A stretch of DNA of 64,000 bases from Eledone cirrhosa (GCA_964016885.1 OZ024747.1:66712001-66776000), one strand, 5' to 3'; shown: positions 42,170 through 56,548, counted from the first letter of the stretch. The notes: generated from the sequence alone by a model not told the origin. Numbers and translations are program-made.

Positions 42170-45100
42170 TAACACCCATGCCCAAGATATATCTGGCTGG
42201 CGTCCAACTGGGAGAAAGATCTGTCTCATGGCGAGGATGAGTTCGCTAATCTTTGTTGATAATCTTTCTAGATGTGGTATCTTGAACACAATTACCCTTG
42301 CCGGTAAAGGATAAAACGCATAAAAAGAAACAAAATATCCCCACTATGTCTACAAACAAAAACACATACCGGATCGGCCGTGTTACTAAGGGAGGAATTA
42401 GCCGAGGGTCACAAAGTCTGCAATTGAAACAAGCTCTTCTCCATAAACAGACTCGAATAGTTACATGAAATGGACTTGACAAAAGTATAAAGAAGTGATA
42501 TGCGCTTTCTATCATTCATTGGGCAAACCATCCGAATCAAAATACACAGTAAACATCTTTAGGGTATGGAGGGAAAGAAATCCAGAAATGAACCCAAACA
42601 TGGATGAAAACAAACTTGCAAATGCTAGAAGAGACATTCTTAGAAACAAGAGACTAACAGATGCAGGGTTAAATTAAATTAAGAAGAATGTTGAAAACGA
42701 TTTGAGAATATCAATACCTGAAAGGGATAAAAATGAATATATGGCAGAAGAGAAACCACAAAACGTATTGACTAAGGTGTCCCCAGGAGAAATTTCACAG
42801 AAAATTGATAGTATCAGTAACACAACAGAGTAAAGTCAAGCTGATAGACAGATTGACAATATGGATGAGGAAATTTCTACTCATGAGCATAAAGATCAGA
42901 TTGAACAAACAAAACAATAAATTCTCAATGAACTTTTAAAATGTATAAAGCATTAGTATGGGTGAAGGAAAGTACTTACGAAAGTTGACAAGCAACAACT
43001 AGAATAAAAGAAACATAAGAACTGGAAATCAGGCCGTTGAAGCAATAATTGAAGAGATGAAGCCTAATATATCAAAATTGAATGAGGTTAATTATGGAGC
43101 AGCAACGATTATAGAAAGAAAAGGAGTATTCAGAATAAACTGAGGACATAAGACTCACAAAGAACACTCTGGAAGATACAAAGACAGAAAGAAATATAAA
43201 TGATGACGTCAAAAATATTGATTCTAGCTGAAATATATGCTTGAAAATCTGTGAAGTCAAGAAATGTTAGGAAGGTGATTAAGAAATACAAATTAACTTC
43301 AAACTCCGATATCCTGAAACAGAAAGTACAGATGAAAGTTCAAAGAATAAGAAAATTTGCAAAGCGAAACAGATTTTACAGGCCAAATAAACTGTTTCTG
43401 TCGGATGCAAAAAGATTTTACCAGGAAATTGGGACACAGATAATACAAGTATAGGAACTTCCTTCAATTCACAAGATTGGAGAATATTGGAAAATAATAT
43501 AGAATACAGAAAAATCTTATAATGTAAATGCAGAATGGACAAAGAACATGGAAAGAAAATACAATAATTTGGAAATGCATTCTTAGCAAGACATAATGGA
43601 AAAACTTGAGTTAACACTAAAGAAATCCAACAAATGGAAATCTCCTAGAATTTATAAACTGCCGCATTTCTGGTTATTTTGCTCTAGCAGCTACTGATGA
43701 TACGTTGGTAAAATGTTATAACGGAATTATCTACAACCCTGAGAAAACTCCTGAGTGGTTTGCACAGGTATAACATATCTCTTACCAACATCGACAGACA
43801 CAAATATTCCAAAAGGTTAGCGTCCCATCACTTGCCTTTCCACGTCATACAAAATCTTCACCTTAATCTTGGCTAAGACAACCTACAAATTTATGGACAA
43901 AAATTATATTTTCTCTCTTGAGCAGAAAGGCAGAAAGGGTGTTGACATGGGTCTTACGGCTGTAAAGATCAGCTTCTAATTAACCGAATGATTCTGGAAA
44001 ATTGTCATAATAATCACAATAGTTTGAGTAATGCTTGGATGGAATATAGAAAAGCATTTGATAGTGTTCGCATTCATGGAATTTGAAAAACTTGGATGCT
44101 CTGAACATTTCCCTAATAATATCAAATTACCTGGAATACAATATGTCTATGGAATACAAATCTATTATTGTCACACACCGATGAAACTATAAATTCTAGC
44201 AGCATAAGCTCTAACTGTGGTAGTTTTCACGGTTATTCGTTTTATCCTCTTATATTTTGCATTGCACTCATACCTTTGACTTGAGAGCTCAACAATACTA
44301 AACATGGCTACAAAATAGGCGGAAAGACCATAAATCATGTTTTATATGAATGACGTGAAACTGTATGCCAAAAATGACGACGAATTGGAAGGAGTATTGG
44401 ACTGTTGAGGTATTCAGTGATGATATAGGGATGGAGTTTGGACTGGAAAAATGAGCAAAAGCAACATTCAACATGTATAAATCTAATTGAAATGGATATG
44501 AATACAATAATTAAGGAACTGGAACAGGAACAAACTTACAGATATTTTCGGATCAATGGAGGTATTCACCACGCCTGCATGAAAGAGAAAATCAGGAAGG
44601 AATACTTCAGGGGAGGACGTGTTCTTGAAAACTAAGCTCAATTCAAAGAATAATATATCTGCTATGAATGCTCTTACAATCCCAGTTGTCACCTATAGTT
44701 TTAACATCATAAATTGGAAAATTAATGAAATAAAGAAAACAGACACAAAAATCGGGAAACATCTGACCTGCAATAAACTATATCGCATAAAGGCAGATGT
44801 GGATTCTCTGTATCTCCCTAGACATGGTAGGAAAATAAACCAGCTTGAGCTGCCATGCAAAATATCAACTATTAGGTGTGAACAATACCTTAAAACTACA
44901 GAAGACTGGATGCTGGAAATGCTTGCAGATCATGAAGAGAAAGATAATTTATATTCAATCACGAAAGAAAGTTTGTGATAAAATTGTGAATATATTTTGA
45001 AAAGGAAGGCAATTCTGCAATTAAGCCTAGAAAGAACTTCAAAAGGTTGGCTAAAAATGAAGGTCAACGGAAACTGTATTCTAAATGGGGAAAACATCAC

Positions 45101-45270
45101 TGCATGGTAGTTTGTTCTCCGTAGCAGAGAGCTAGATGTAAATCAAACTCTCACCGATGAGTGGTTGCGAGGTCTTGGGTTCAAAGCAGAGAGAAAGAGT
45201 TTCATTTTGGTTGCACAAGATTACCGTCTTTCAACGCGTAATTGTCAAGCCAATGTGATCAGAAATGTAA
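42170..45270 (+). mobile_element. Old R4/Dong-clade LINE, nearly full length, heavily mutated
   Basis: N-terminal WRERNP..NKLANARRDI; RT KAFDSV, YMNDVKLYAK, GMEFGLEK; NALTIPVVTYSF, ADVDSLYLPR; 5' flank (TAA)n. Confidence 0.88.
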
Positions 45271-45761
45271 TCAAGTGTCGTTTTAAATTCAGTGCGTCAA
45301 GAGCTGTAACTAAATGCCGCAAAGAATGTTAACGGCTATAACAACTCTGCTAATTTTTAATATAGTCACAACACCTCAGATTTGGTGAGAGGGTATTACA
45401 AAGTTAAAGTATTACAGGTTTAAGATGGCTTCTAATTGAAGAGCTATCCAATACGTCTAAAGACAAAGGTTGGAATTGACTCGATATATGCGGAAACATA
45501 TCATTAAATGTTTAATATGTTTAAACTTCACTCTCAAAATTAACTTTCACAAACTTAAATAAATTTTTATTGTTTATATAATTATTTATACAATCATACG
45601 GAAATACTCACAGGGAGTATTTGCATATTCTTTTATAAATAATTATATAAATGGTACAAATACACACACACACACTCATACACAAACACCCACACACAAA
45701 CACACACGCACAAACACACACACACATTCACACACACACATCTCTCTCTCTATATATATAT

Positions 45762-45810
<49 letters not shown>

Positions 45811-45845
45811 TCTTAATACTTTGACTGTATAAACATATATATATA

Positions 45846-45906
<61 letters not shown>

Positions 45907-45909
45907 CAT

Positions 45910-45946
<37 letters not shown>

Positions 45947-46548
45947 CATGTGTGTGTGTGTGTCTATATATGTGCTGTATGAACATTCTTTTCACATGTC
46001 TTACTAGTGACAAAATTACATAGACACACACACACTCAAACACATTACAATGCTGCAGGGTCGAACTGAGAATGATTGTTTTCTGTAAAAAAAAAAAAAA
46101 AAAAGAAACCCCAACATATTCTCTTTCAATCGTCAATGATTCTACAATCAATGTTGTCTTTGTTCTTCATGACTTGGAATAGAACTTTGGATTACATTGT
46201 TTACCCGATTGTAACAAGTTTAAAGATTACAGTATCGAGTTAATGGTAATTAAATTCTTAAAGATTTTGGCAGTATCGATGCCCAGCGCTTATCTTGCAG
46301 CTGAATATTTTCATCACACCTTCAATTTTCTTCGATTTCGTTTGTTACTGAAAAAGTTTCTCCTCAGCTGGTTTTATTAATTTGAATCAGAAAACGCATG
46401 AAAATTCCATATAATTACACACACGTACTCACGTAAAAACATACATACTTTCACACGCAGACACAGATATACCGACACACACAAATATGTATACAAATAC
46501 GTACAAAGATACACAGTCAAATACATACACTGGCACTCGTGTGTGTGT

Positions 46549-46610
<62 letters not shown>

Positions 46611-46779
46611 TTGTGTGTATGTGTGTGTTTATGTGTGTGTATGTGTGTGTATACACATATATACATACATATATATATAATTTACACACACACATACATA
46701 CATATTGGATAGTTTTAACTTGATTGATTGAATTTTTTCCCCACTGATCATAGGTATGTAGATAGATAGATGTCTGCGG

Positions 46780-47170
46780 GGGAATTACGATGCTGAGTGT
46801 GGCATAGGCGGTAAATACTGAGGCTATGCAGAAGGTGGAGAGAAATAATGTGGGTATACTCCGTTGGATGTCGAATGTTAGTTTGCATAAACGACGAAGC
46901 GTGGATCACTTGAGAGTAAAATTCATGAGCAATAAGAGGAAGTTTACATTAAGATTGATCTGGTATGGACAATCGATGTATATATGGATGATGAACGTTG
47001 GATGAATAAGTGGTAAGAGATGCTAGTGGAAGGAAAATACAGTAGAGGAAGTAGAAGTGGTTAAAGCTAATTTCAAAACGCTGAACCACCCCAAAGGAGA
47101 TGGTGAGGGAATACTACGAGTAGAGGGAAGAGTGTTGGTCGAAAGGACTCGTTCAACACATGCAAGTATG
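46780..47170 (+). mobile_element. Degenerate RTE-like 3' relic
   Basis: ILRWMSNVSL...WYG...MDDERW...VEGK..RGR pattern. Confidence 0.5.
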
Positions 47171-47214
47171 CAAGGGAACGGGCGAAGGCTTCAAGAATAT
47201 CATTTTTTTCCAAC

Positions 47215-47532
47215 GGGGACAAACGTCTATGCATTTCAGACTTGACTGGTCTTCCTCAGGACAGTTCCCCCCACCGCTTACTACTGCTGAACTTGAGAAC
47301 AGTCGAGAACATATAGTTTTCACGTCTGTGTAAATGGGGTGATTAATCTCATTTGCATATGAAGCTGCATAAGTTGGCTCAGATTATAATAGAATAGAAA
47401 TAGGATTTAGCTTCAGGCATAGCCGTAAAACTATATGTTCTCGACTGTTCTGAAGTCCAGCAGTTGCAAGCGGTGGGAGGAACCATCCTGAGGAAGACCA
47501 GTCAAGTCTGAAATGCATAGACTGTTGTCCCC
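47215..47532. mobile_element. Fold-back element (~105-bp diverged arms) with a hammerhead in each arm
   Basis: 47215-~47321 versus ~47427-47532 are reverse complements. Confidence 0.8.
47225..47262 (-). ncRNA. Minimal type I hammerhead ribozyme motif (mirror copy at 47485-47522 on the plus strand)
   Basis: gtc-CTGAGGA-AGAC-cagtcaa-GTCT-GAAA-TGCA-TA-gac, with palindromic stem III ATGCAT. Confidence 0.75.
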
Positions 47533-48029
47533 CTTGCTTCTGCTGGACAACACCAAAGCACGGTAGCCCCGGTGTTTGCAAATACGACATTTTTATACAT
47601 ACATATATATATATCAGGGATGGTGGAACTGGGTGGCAGAGAATACACATCTATTTGTATATGCACTACAACTTAGGTACATGTTATGTAGAGATAGATG
47701 GGAGATATAGATATTGAGAAGGGGAGAGTTTGGTAGTGGGTTAGAGTGTGAGAGAATGAGAGAAAAAGTGTATGGTAGATATAGAGAGAGGGATAGTTCG
47801 GTGGTAATTGATATATAGATGGTGATTGGAAGAGGTAGCGTCGTGTAGGAGATATAGAGACGTGCAGATTGTAGATATAATGAGGAGGTTGATGAATAAA
47901 TTGCGTATAGTACCAGTTTATTACCAAATGCGAAAAAGCTCGATATATCAACCCCTAGGAAAGGGTACAGAGCCTTATTTTTTTACATTATATATATATA
48001 TATATATATATATAATGTATATATATATA

Positions 48030-48217
48030 AGCGGTGGATTGGCAGTATCGGTAGAGGGTCTGACGCCATGCTTTCCAGCATAGTTACGTCCCTTTACGAT
48101 CTGAGTTCAAATCCCGCCGAGGTTGACTTTGCCTTTCATCCTTACGGGGTCGATAAAATAAAGTACCAGTAATGTACTGGGTAATTGCTGGCCTTGTGCC
48201 TAAAGTAGAAACAATTA
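48030..48217 (+). mobile_element. tRNA-derived SINE (main family)
   Basis: Full family unit inside (TA)n. Confidence 0.88.
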
Positions 48218-49230
48218 TATATATATATATATATATGTGTGTATATATATATATATGTGTGTATATATATATATGTGTGTATATATATGTGTGTATATAT
48301 ATGTGTGTATATATATATATATGTATATACAGAGCCTTATTTTTTTACATTATATATATATATATATGTGTGTATATATATGTGTGTATATATATATAAA
48401 TATATATATACATATATATGTATGTATGTTTGTATGTATATATATACACAGGGGCGGTAGAATGGGGGTGGGGGCATTCCCTGCTGTCCTCCCCCTTCCC
48501 CCTCAACACACACACCAATAATTATGTTTTCTCCCCAACTATCAAAACACACATATATTTGTATATACGCTACAATTTATGTACATGATATGTTTATCGC
48601 ATATCGATGTTTTCTGACCATTTTAGACTGCAAAGAGTTAAACTAATCACTATAACTATATTGATCAAATTTGCGCCCCACCCAGCAATTCAGAAATGTT
48701 TCCACCACCGTGCATATATATATACATACACACTCATGTATGCACGTTTATATGTATTTATATACATTTATATACATTATACAGGTATGTATTAGTATGT
48801 TAGAATGTTGATGTGTATATATATATATATATATACATACGTTTATATGTATTTATATACATTATACAGGTATGTATTAGTATGTTAGAATGTTGATACG
48901 TGCGTGTGTATGTGTATACATGAGTGTGCATGGGTGTGTATCATGTAAATGAAATAGTTATTTAGCATATGAAAGGAGTCTATTATTAAATGTAATCTTT
49001 GCTTCAAGACATTTCTTTTGATTCTTTTACTGAAAGTTCTTCATTTTACGTGAAGCTATATTACAAAGTATTCCTTAGATATTCACCAATGTATGACTAC
49101 TACTTTCTCGAAGATAATCTCATTTTCTACCTTTCTACATTATACATTTGTTTGAAATGCATATGTCATTCGTTGCCTGGAAATATCTAGGAATCTATCT
49201 ATATACCTCTCTCTCTACCTCTCTCTCTCT

Positions 49231-49331
<101 letters not shown>

Positions 49332-49517
49332 TATATTTATCTACCCATGCTTATGACAGGCTGAATGAGTTGGGGTCCTGAACACAACGAAACTTAAGTA
49401 CCTGTTTATGTGACTGTTGTAATTATTTATACTAAGCTCGTCCTATGGACTGAGTGCTCTTATTCTTGGAGATTGCAACCAAACCTTTACTACAGTATAT
49501 ATATATATATATCAGAT

Positions 49518-49676
49518 AGGGTGTGGTAAAATCCAGTTAGAGAATAACCCAGCAGAGTACTCGATACTTGGGGTAGTAGAGTGGGTAATATGAAAAGAGT
49601 CAGGACCCCGACGGCTGAAATCCGGTCGTTTCGACATTTCGGTTCTAGCTGTCGGGGTCCTGAATCTTTTCATATA
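49518..49676 (-). mobile_element. Palindromic half-hammerhead family, diverged copy with a partly collapsed hairpin
   Basis: Reverse-complement family tail, then tatgaaaaga.tcaggaccccgacggct...agctgtcggggtcctga.tcttttcata. Confidence 0.75.
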
Positions 49677-50286
49677 AAATATGCTTATGAATTGTGGAAA
49701 AAAACTTTAATCAATCGACTTAAGACGACACAATATGTATGTATGTATGTCATCGTTTAAGGTCCGTTTTTCCTGCCGTCAGAACTCAAATTGAGCATTT
49801 GACCTCCAGGTCGTCTGGGGACCCGACATTCGTTCCATGTTTACCGGCGAGACAACCTTTCTAGCATTGCTGAACTACACATAAATGCACCCAGTACAGT
49901 CAATAAAGTGGTTGATGATAGGAAGGGCACCCAGCCGTAGAGAACCTGCCAAACACACGCACATACATATATACACACACACATACATATACATACACAC
50001 ATACATACATACACACACACAAACACACACACACACACATATATATGTATATGTGTATGAGTGTGTGTGTGTCTATATATATATATATTTATATTTATAT
50101 ATATATGTCCCCTTTATTTACGTGTCCTAACGACTTTTTTTAGCCGTTGCTCGCACCAGCCTGAGGTATATGGCCTTTAAAGCGACGAAATGCCTACGAC
50201 GGTTGGAAGGCCACTGATGAAGGACAAACTTTTTCATATGTAACCCATTGGCAACGCCGCAGCTCCATTATTATCATATTTACATA

Positions 50287-50478
50287 GGGCGGTGGATTGG
50301 CAGTATCGGTAGAGGGTCGGACGCCATGTTTCCAGCATAGTTACGTCCCTTTACGATCTGAGTTCAAATCCCGCCGAGGTTGACTTTGCCTTTCATCCTT
50401 ACGGGGTCGATAAAATAAAGTACCAGGAATGCACTGGATAATTGCTGGCCTTGTGCCTAAAGTAGAAACAATTATTAT
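50287..50478 (+). mobile_element. tRNA-derived SINE (main family)
   Basis: Full family unit. Confidence 0.88.
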
Positions 50479-50561
50479 CATATTTACACATATATTTTTT
50501 CCTATCGTCATGGAAATATGTATAACGGTTCAATTAATAAAAGACTCTAATAAAAGCTCTC

Positions 50562-50664
<103 letters not shown>

Positions 50665-50735
50665 ATACTTTGGGTGGGCCATGTTGCCAATAAGAAACAC
50701 ACACACCAGTTGCTTTCACTTCAATTTATTATAAA

Positions 50736-51503
50736 CTAGCAGTAAAGCCCGGCGTTGCTCGGGTCGCTCAGTAGCTGTGTTAAAGTTACAATGTTAAGTT
50801 TCTTTTTTGGCTTAAAAACTGTAGTGTCTACTGTGCAGACTTGCATGTGGTGTTTTTGATTAATATTCCCTCAACCAACAATATGCCTTATGAAGTTAAG
50901 AAAACATAACGATAACCCGAATGTTATAACAAAAGAGGATGCTGGGGATAAAAACTGCACTGGTTATTTATTAACAAAGATCGAAAATGTAAACACTGTA
51001 ACGCAGAGAAAAACATTAGCGTAACCAAATTATCAGTTATGTCTGTCTGCACGCCTATATCACCTCTCTGCACGACTATCTGTCTGCACGCCTGAAATAT
51101 TTGCTTGTTTTACGTAGTCTTTAAATAGACTTGTTTTCAAGTAAAAATATTGTTTTAAAATGCTTTTAAATGGAAATGAAGCAAAACGGAAGCTTAGTGT
51201 TCGAACTGATGAATTTTGCAGGTCATTATTTTGCTGAGAAAGCCAGCGTAATTTTTTACGTAAGACGCTCAATGTAAACAGAACAAAGGGAAATAACTGA
51301 TAACTTACGCTCAAAAATCGATACATTATATTCGATTTCGTCACATAGGGTGGGTCAATTTGAAATATTTTTTTTCCGATGTCTTCGCTAGGGCTCAATG
51401 TACAAGTATAGCAATTTCGGTGCAATTCCGTGAGAGATTCTAAGAGGAGATGTGTGCCAAAAATCGATAGACAGACAGACAACCACAGTTTTATATATAT
51501 AGA
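50736..51503 (-). mobile_element. Non-autonomous Helitron, second copy
   Basis: Near-identical to 37349-38224 with the same termini and fewer internal minisatellite units. Confidence 0.85.
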
Positions 51504-51509
51504 TTAAAT

Positions 51510-52104
51510 TTATAAATTTAGGAATTTATAAATTTCCGGTTGGTTGGTTGGTTCCACAACCAGACGATTGTTCATATATTGTCAAAGTTCTTTCGTCACA
51601 CATTCTGTGACCTCTTCAGTGACTGGGATTCTTTTCTTTGTTTTTGTGCCTCGTCTTTGTTCTGTCCTACACCATCTTGTTTTAGTGTGTGTTGTGTGCT
51701 TAGTTTGCGCATGTGTTACATCCGGGTGTCTGTGTGTGTTTATATTTGTTTATTTATTTGTTTATTTACATGTTACTGGTTGGTTGTTTGTTCTATGTGT
51801 GTGTGTGTTTTCATTGTGTCCTTAATTGTAAGTTGCTATTCCATTCATGCTTTCTATTTAATTTTGGTTGGAGTTCATTTATCTTTATTGCCTCTGTGAT
51901 TTGTCTAAACATTGCGTCTTTTCTGTGTGTAGATTCTATTTTTATTTCTATGTTCTTTAATTTACCCTTATGTTCTATTTTAGCATGTTGGTAGAGTACA
52001 GATGATTCTTTACTATCTTGAAGCTCTCGCCAGTGTTCATTTATCCGTTCTCCTATACTACGAACTGTCTCACCTATGTACACTATATTCTTAGGATATA
52101 GCAT
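51510..52104 (-). mobile_element. Penelope-like element 3' fragment (GIY-YIG + pLTR)
   Basis: IVYIGETVRSIGERINEH...RQITEAIKI...PKLN; a hammerhead lies in the downstream UTR. Confidence 0.85.
51581..51623 (-). ncRNA. Minimal type I hammerhead ribozyme motif in a Penelope pLTR
   Basis: gtca-CTGAAGA-G-GTCACA-gaatg-TGTGAC-GAAA-GAAC-TT-tgac. Confidence 0.8.
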
Positions 52105-52108
52105 TCTT

Positions 52109-52144
52109 TCTTCTGATGACGGACTAGCGTCCGAAACGTTAAGA
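52109..52144 (+). ncRNA. Minimal type I hammerhead ribozyme motif
   Basis: tctt-CTGATGA-C-GGAC-tagc-GTCC-GAAAC-GT-T-aaga, with palindromic stem III ACGT. Confidence 0.8.
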
Positions 52145-52250
52145 CCCCCTTCCTGCTATATCAAGCGTCAACCTAATATATCCCTTCCATATACTGTACC
52201 GATTGTGTTGTTATTTCTGTTTACCTTTTACATACAGTATATATATATAT

Positions 52251-52436
52251 AATTAGTTAGAGAGTGAACACAATATATAACTGCTACATTACCAAAGGTT
52301 TCAGGACACTAGACATTGTTAACATACGTCTAGATCACTCATCTGTCTGATAAGAGACCTAGACGTATGTTCTAGAGTCCTGAAACCTTTGATAATGGAG
52401 CAGTTATATATTGTGTTATTCACTCTCTAATTAAAT
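52251..52436. mobile_element. Diverged fold-back element with degenerate hammerhead motifs in both arms
   Basis: The arms are imperfect reverse complements. Minus arm: CAGATGA...GAAA-CC-ttt-GG-TA. Plus arm: CTGATAA...GAAACCTTTGATA. Confidence 0.65.
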
Positions 52437-52733
52437 AGCTCTGTTTTATACATAGAGCACTCTTTTTTCGTTTGCTTTGTACTTTTGTGTGTTTTTCTAT
52501 ACGTGACATGTCGTAATGCGTGAATGTTTGAACATTTATCATAGTTATTGTTTTATTACATTGCCAACACAACAGACTTCATTTGCGCGGCTTTAGAAAT
52601 AGAAAGCGAATGTTTATAATAGCAATATTTTCTTTAAAACAAATACCTATATGTTTTCTTATCATAGAAAACAACATCCAGAGGGCACAGATACATATAA
52701 CAAATATGCAAGAATACTTACACGCATATATTC

Positions 52734-52782
<49 letters not shown>

Positions 52783-52796
52783 TGTGCGTGTGTGTG

Positions 52797-52841
<45 letters not shown>

Positions 52842-52943
52842 ATATGCACATATGCACATACGCACACATAAATATATAGATATATGTGCTTGAACATATG
52901 TGTTTGCGTGCGCATTAGAATATATAGATATGTGCATTTGTGC

Positions 52944-53011
<68 letters not shown>

Positions 53012-54304
53012 CAAAATAGAGAGTGTTTTTTGCAGGAATACGTATGTTTTCATACTATATATATATAGACAATACAAGAATATGCAAGAATACAGATGCA
53101 ACATAATATTATTATCCCCTCTTCCAGATTCTCATTTTCTCGCCAAATGTCCATTGTGCAAAAAGATCAAGCTGTCAGCGTTCGTTAAACTAATTACAGT
53201 TTTACTGATAGTATTTGTATCTTATCTGAATATGTTAATCTTTTAGGAACCTATGACAGAGCCAAGTGGCTTGATCTGCTATAGACACTAACTAAATATT
53301 TCGCGAATAATCTATATATAAATTTCTGCGATTTTGTCATAACACGTAAAGAGAGAGGAGTTGTTTGACTACATCATACTACTCCCCTCTCTTTACGTCT
53401 GCTGCCTGCGTGAATGTATGTGTGTGTAAAACGAAGGAAAGGGAATGGTGAAAAAACTACGCTGTGTGTGAGTGTATGTGTAGGTGTACGTTTGTGTAAA
53501 TGAATGTGTGTGTATGTGTAAGTGTGTGTTTGTGTAAATCTATGTGTGTGTGTTTGTGTGAATGTATGTGTATTTGTGGGAATGAATGTGTGTGTTTGTG
53601 TGAATGTATGTCTGTGAGCGTGTATTTTTGTAAGTGTGTCTGTTTGCGTGTTTATATTTATATACTTGTACATATAAATGTATGTATATGCATATACGCA
53701 CAGGCACACGCGTCAGTATATGGGAAAACAATTCTAGTATTCAATAGTTTTCAAGAAGCGGCCGGTCAAAATATCAAGCCACTAGACATCGGCTGACCTG
53801 CAGGAAATGGGGGTTAAATCTACCTTAAACCTTTAGCATTTATATTACTCTATATATACTATTGTATTTTTGTGGTATAGGCTTTATCTCACATAATTAT
53901 CCACATGATATCGAATCAATGAGATTTCGATGCTATTTATTTTGAGAACAATACATTAACATAAGTATGACCAGAAATAGGTGAGAGAACTCTCGCCGGA
54001 TATGACCGTTTAAAATGCTAAACTGCACTCATCCTTATTTTGCTAAATAGGAATACTTGGAATAATGTTGTATTGGCTGTCTTTCTTTTTCCCTTAAAAT
54101 TGAAATATTCTACACTTTGCGGTCCTTTACCTTCTGATTCCAAATCCCATTATAATATACTTGGATGGCAGACTTAATCTGTCATCGGGACAGATAAGAT
54201 AGAAGCAGCTATCATCATAATAATTTGAAGAACTGTATTTTTTCTAAAATATTCCTTTAAAAATCTGTTATTTTGAAACACAAAATTCAACGATATATAT
54301 AATA

Positions 54305-55130
54305 TAATTGTTTCTACTTTTGGCACAAGGTCAGCAATTACCTCAGTACATTACTGGTACTTTATTTTATCGACCCCGTAAGGATGAAAGGCAAAGTTAA
54401 CCTCGGCGGGATTTGAACTCAGACCATAAAGGGACGTAACTCTTTGCTCCAAAGCATGGCGCCCGACCCTCTACCAATACTGCCAAATATAATGATCACT
54501 GCTTTAGGCACAAGGCCAACAATTTTGTTGGAGGGCAAAGTCGATTAAGTTCATCCCCAGTGCGTTACTGTTAATTTTATTTTATCGGCGGGATTTGAAC
54601 TCAGAACATAAAGGTTCATAACTATATGTCGCAAAGCTATAGTCCGACGCTCTACCGATACTGCCAGTCCACTGCCCTAATAAGGGTTTCTTATATAGGC
54701 ACAAGACCAGCAATGTTTGGGGGAGGGAAAAGTCGATGAAATTGACTCCAGTGAATGACGGGTATTTATTTTATCGACCCCGTAAGGATGAAAGGCAAAG
54801 TTAACCTCGACGGGATTTGAACTCAGACCATAAGGGGCCGTAACTCTTTGCTACAAAGCATAGCGTCAGACGCTCTACCGATACTAATAATAATACTGCT
54901 AATAATACTGCTAATAATACTGATTAAGGTACAAGGTCAACAATTTTGTGGGGTGGGAGGAGTCGATTGAATAGACCCCACTACGTTACATGTATTTTAT
55001 TTTATCGACCACATAAGGATGAAAGGCAAAGTTAACCTCTACGGGAATTGAACACAAAGCGTAAAGTGATGTAACTATATGCCACAAAGCGTGGTGTCCG
55101 ACGCTCTACTGGTACTGCAAATACACCGCC
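54305..55130 (-). mobile_element. Tandem array of four main-family SINEs
   Basis: Four successive reverse-complement units separated by short TAA-rich tails. Confidence 0.85.
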
Positions 55131-55151
55131 ATACAACGATATATATAATAT

Positions 55152-56548
55152 ATGTTTCTTTATTAGCCACAGGGGCACAAAGGAAGGGGACAAATACAAA
55201 GGGGGAAGTTTACATACAATAAAAGCGTGTAAAATATTATCACAAATGCAATTTAAAAATTAGTCGATTTTCCCCAATAGGGGGAGACATTACATATGGG
55301 TAACACATACCCCCGAAAAAAATGTGCAGCCCTCATCTCCAGGAGTACGAAGAGTTTGTACTCCTTTCCTCTCCTCCTCTTTTTCCTCAACCTACAGGCT
55401 AATATAGAGAGAAGGCCCATTCACTCGGGCCATTCTCGCCACTTTCACCCACCTTTCATAAAGCTTGCTGGGGTACAGCACCTATCTCTCCATCCTGATT
55501 CTTCTTCCAAAGTGGTATTTGAAAAAAAGAATCAGTTGTTGGCCGGAGAGAAAGGTGTCTGACCTCAGCCCTTTCAACCTTGTCCACCATACAACCTCTC
55601 TCGCCATAGCTATCACACAAAGGAAAACCGCCTCTCCTTCGTTTTTGAAGGAGGGTGGCAGTTTGATCATGACAATGGACTCGGTGGTCAACCGGATTGG
55701 TCCCACCCGCGACAATAGTCGTTCTACATAGCCCCACAAGTCGGTGACGCCCGGGCAGTGTATGAATGCGTGCGCGACGGTTTCTTCGTCTCGCACGCAC
55801 CTCGGACAGATCTTTATTGCAGAGTCCCTGCCCGGGCGCCCATGTCTGTAGAGCTTGTCTCGAACTGGTAGAGCTCCTCGGTAGCACTGCTAGGCCAGGG
55901 ACTTTTGGAAGTTGTCCATCGGTCCCGGGCGGAAGGTCCTACCGAACAGACTAGACAGTTCGTCTTCCTCTACGCCTAGAGTTTCACCGAGCACGTCGTC
56001 GCACTTGCTGCGGATCAATCCTCTATAGAATGACGAAGTGGAGTCTCCACTGATCGCCGGGTTCGCTTGCCAGAGGGCTGTGAGCGCCTGAGCACATTCG
56101 ATGCGCCAGTCGCCCATTTTCCTCGGTCTTTGCTTGACCCAGGACTGCAGCTCGGTCAGCGAGACGAGTCGTGGGAAGGCTCGCCTCACGAACGGGGCCC
56201 ACACCGGTTGTCCGGTGAGGAATACGTAGAGATGCCGCAGCCTGAGCGCGTGTTTGCGCATTGTCAGCCACGGCAACCCCAGCCCTCCGTTGGAAGGGTG
56301 TTGGCAGTAGATGGATCTTCTCACCAAAGGAACCCGCTTCTTCCAAAGGAATTGGAAGAGCACGTGCTCCATTTTGGCGAGCGTTTTGGCTGGACAAGGC
56401 ACGACGGTCAAGCGGTAGTAGATGGCGGACGCTATAAAAGTGTTCGCCACCTCCGCTCGACCTTTCAAGGATAGTTTGCACTCGGCCCACTTCTGGGTGA
56501 GTGCAAACACCTTGGCCGACACCTCGTTCTAGTTCTTCTCCACCTGGA
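55152..56548 (-). mobile_element. Tx1-like LINE 3' fragment (ORF2 C-terminal third)
   Basis: ORFs 55890..56522 and 55482..55796 align with copy B (KLSLKGRAEVAN, GGLGLPWL, PGPMDNFQKSLA, ETVAHAFIHC). Confidence 0.9.

Noticed and set aside
50205-50235. CTGATGA core
   Set aside because: No paired stem II followed by GAAA.
54305-55130. Regularly spaced repeats resembling a CRISPR array or tRNA cluster
   Set aside because: The units are ~200-bp diverged SINEs in eukaryotic DNA, with no unique spacers, cas genes or full cloverleaf.
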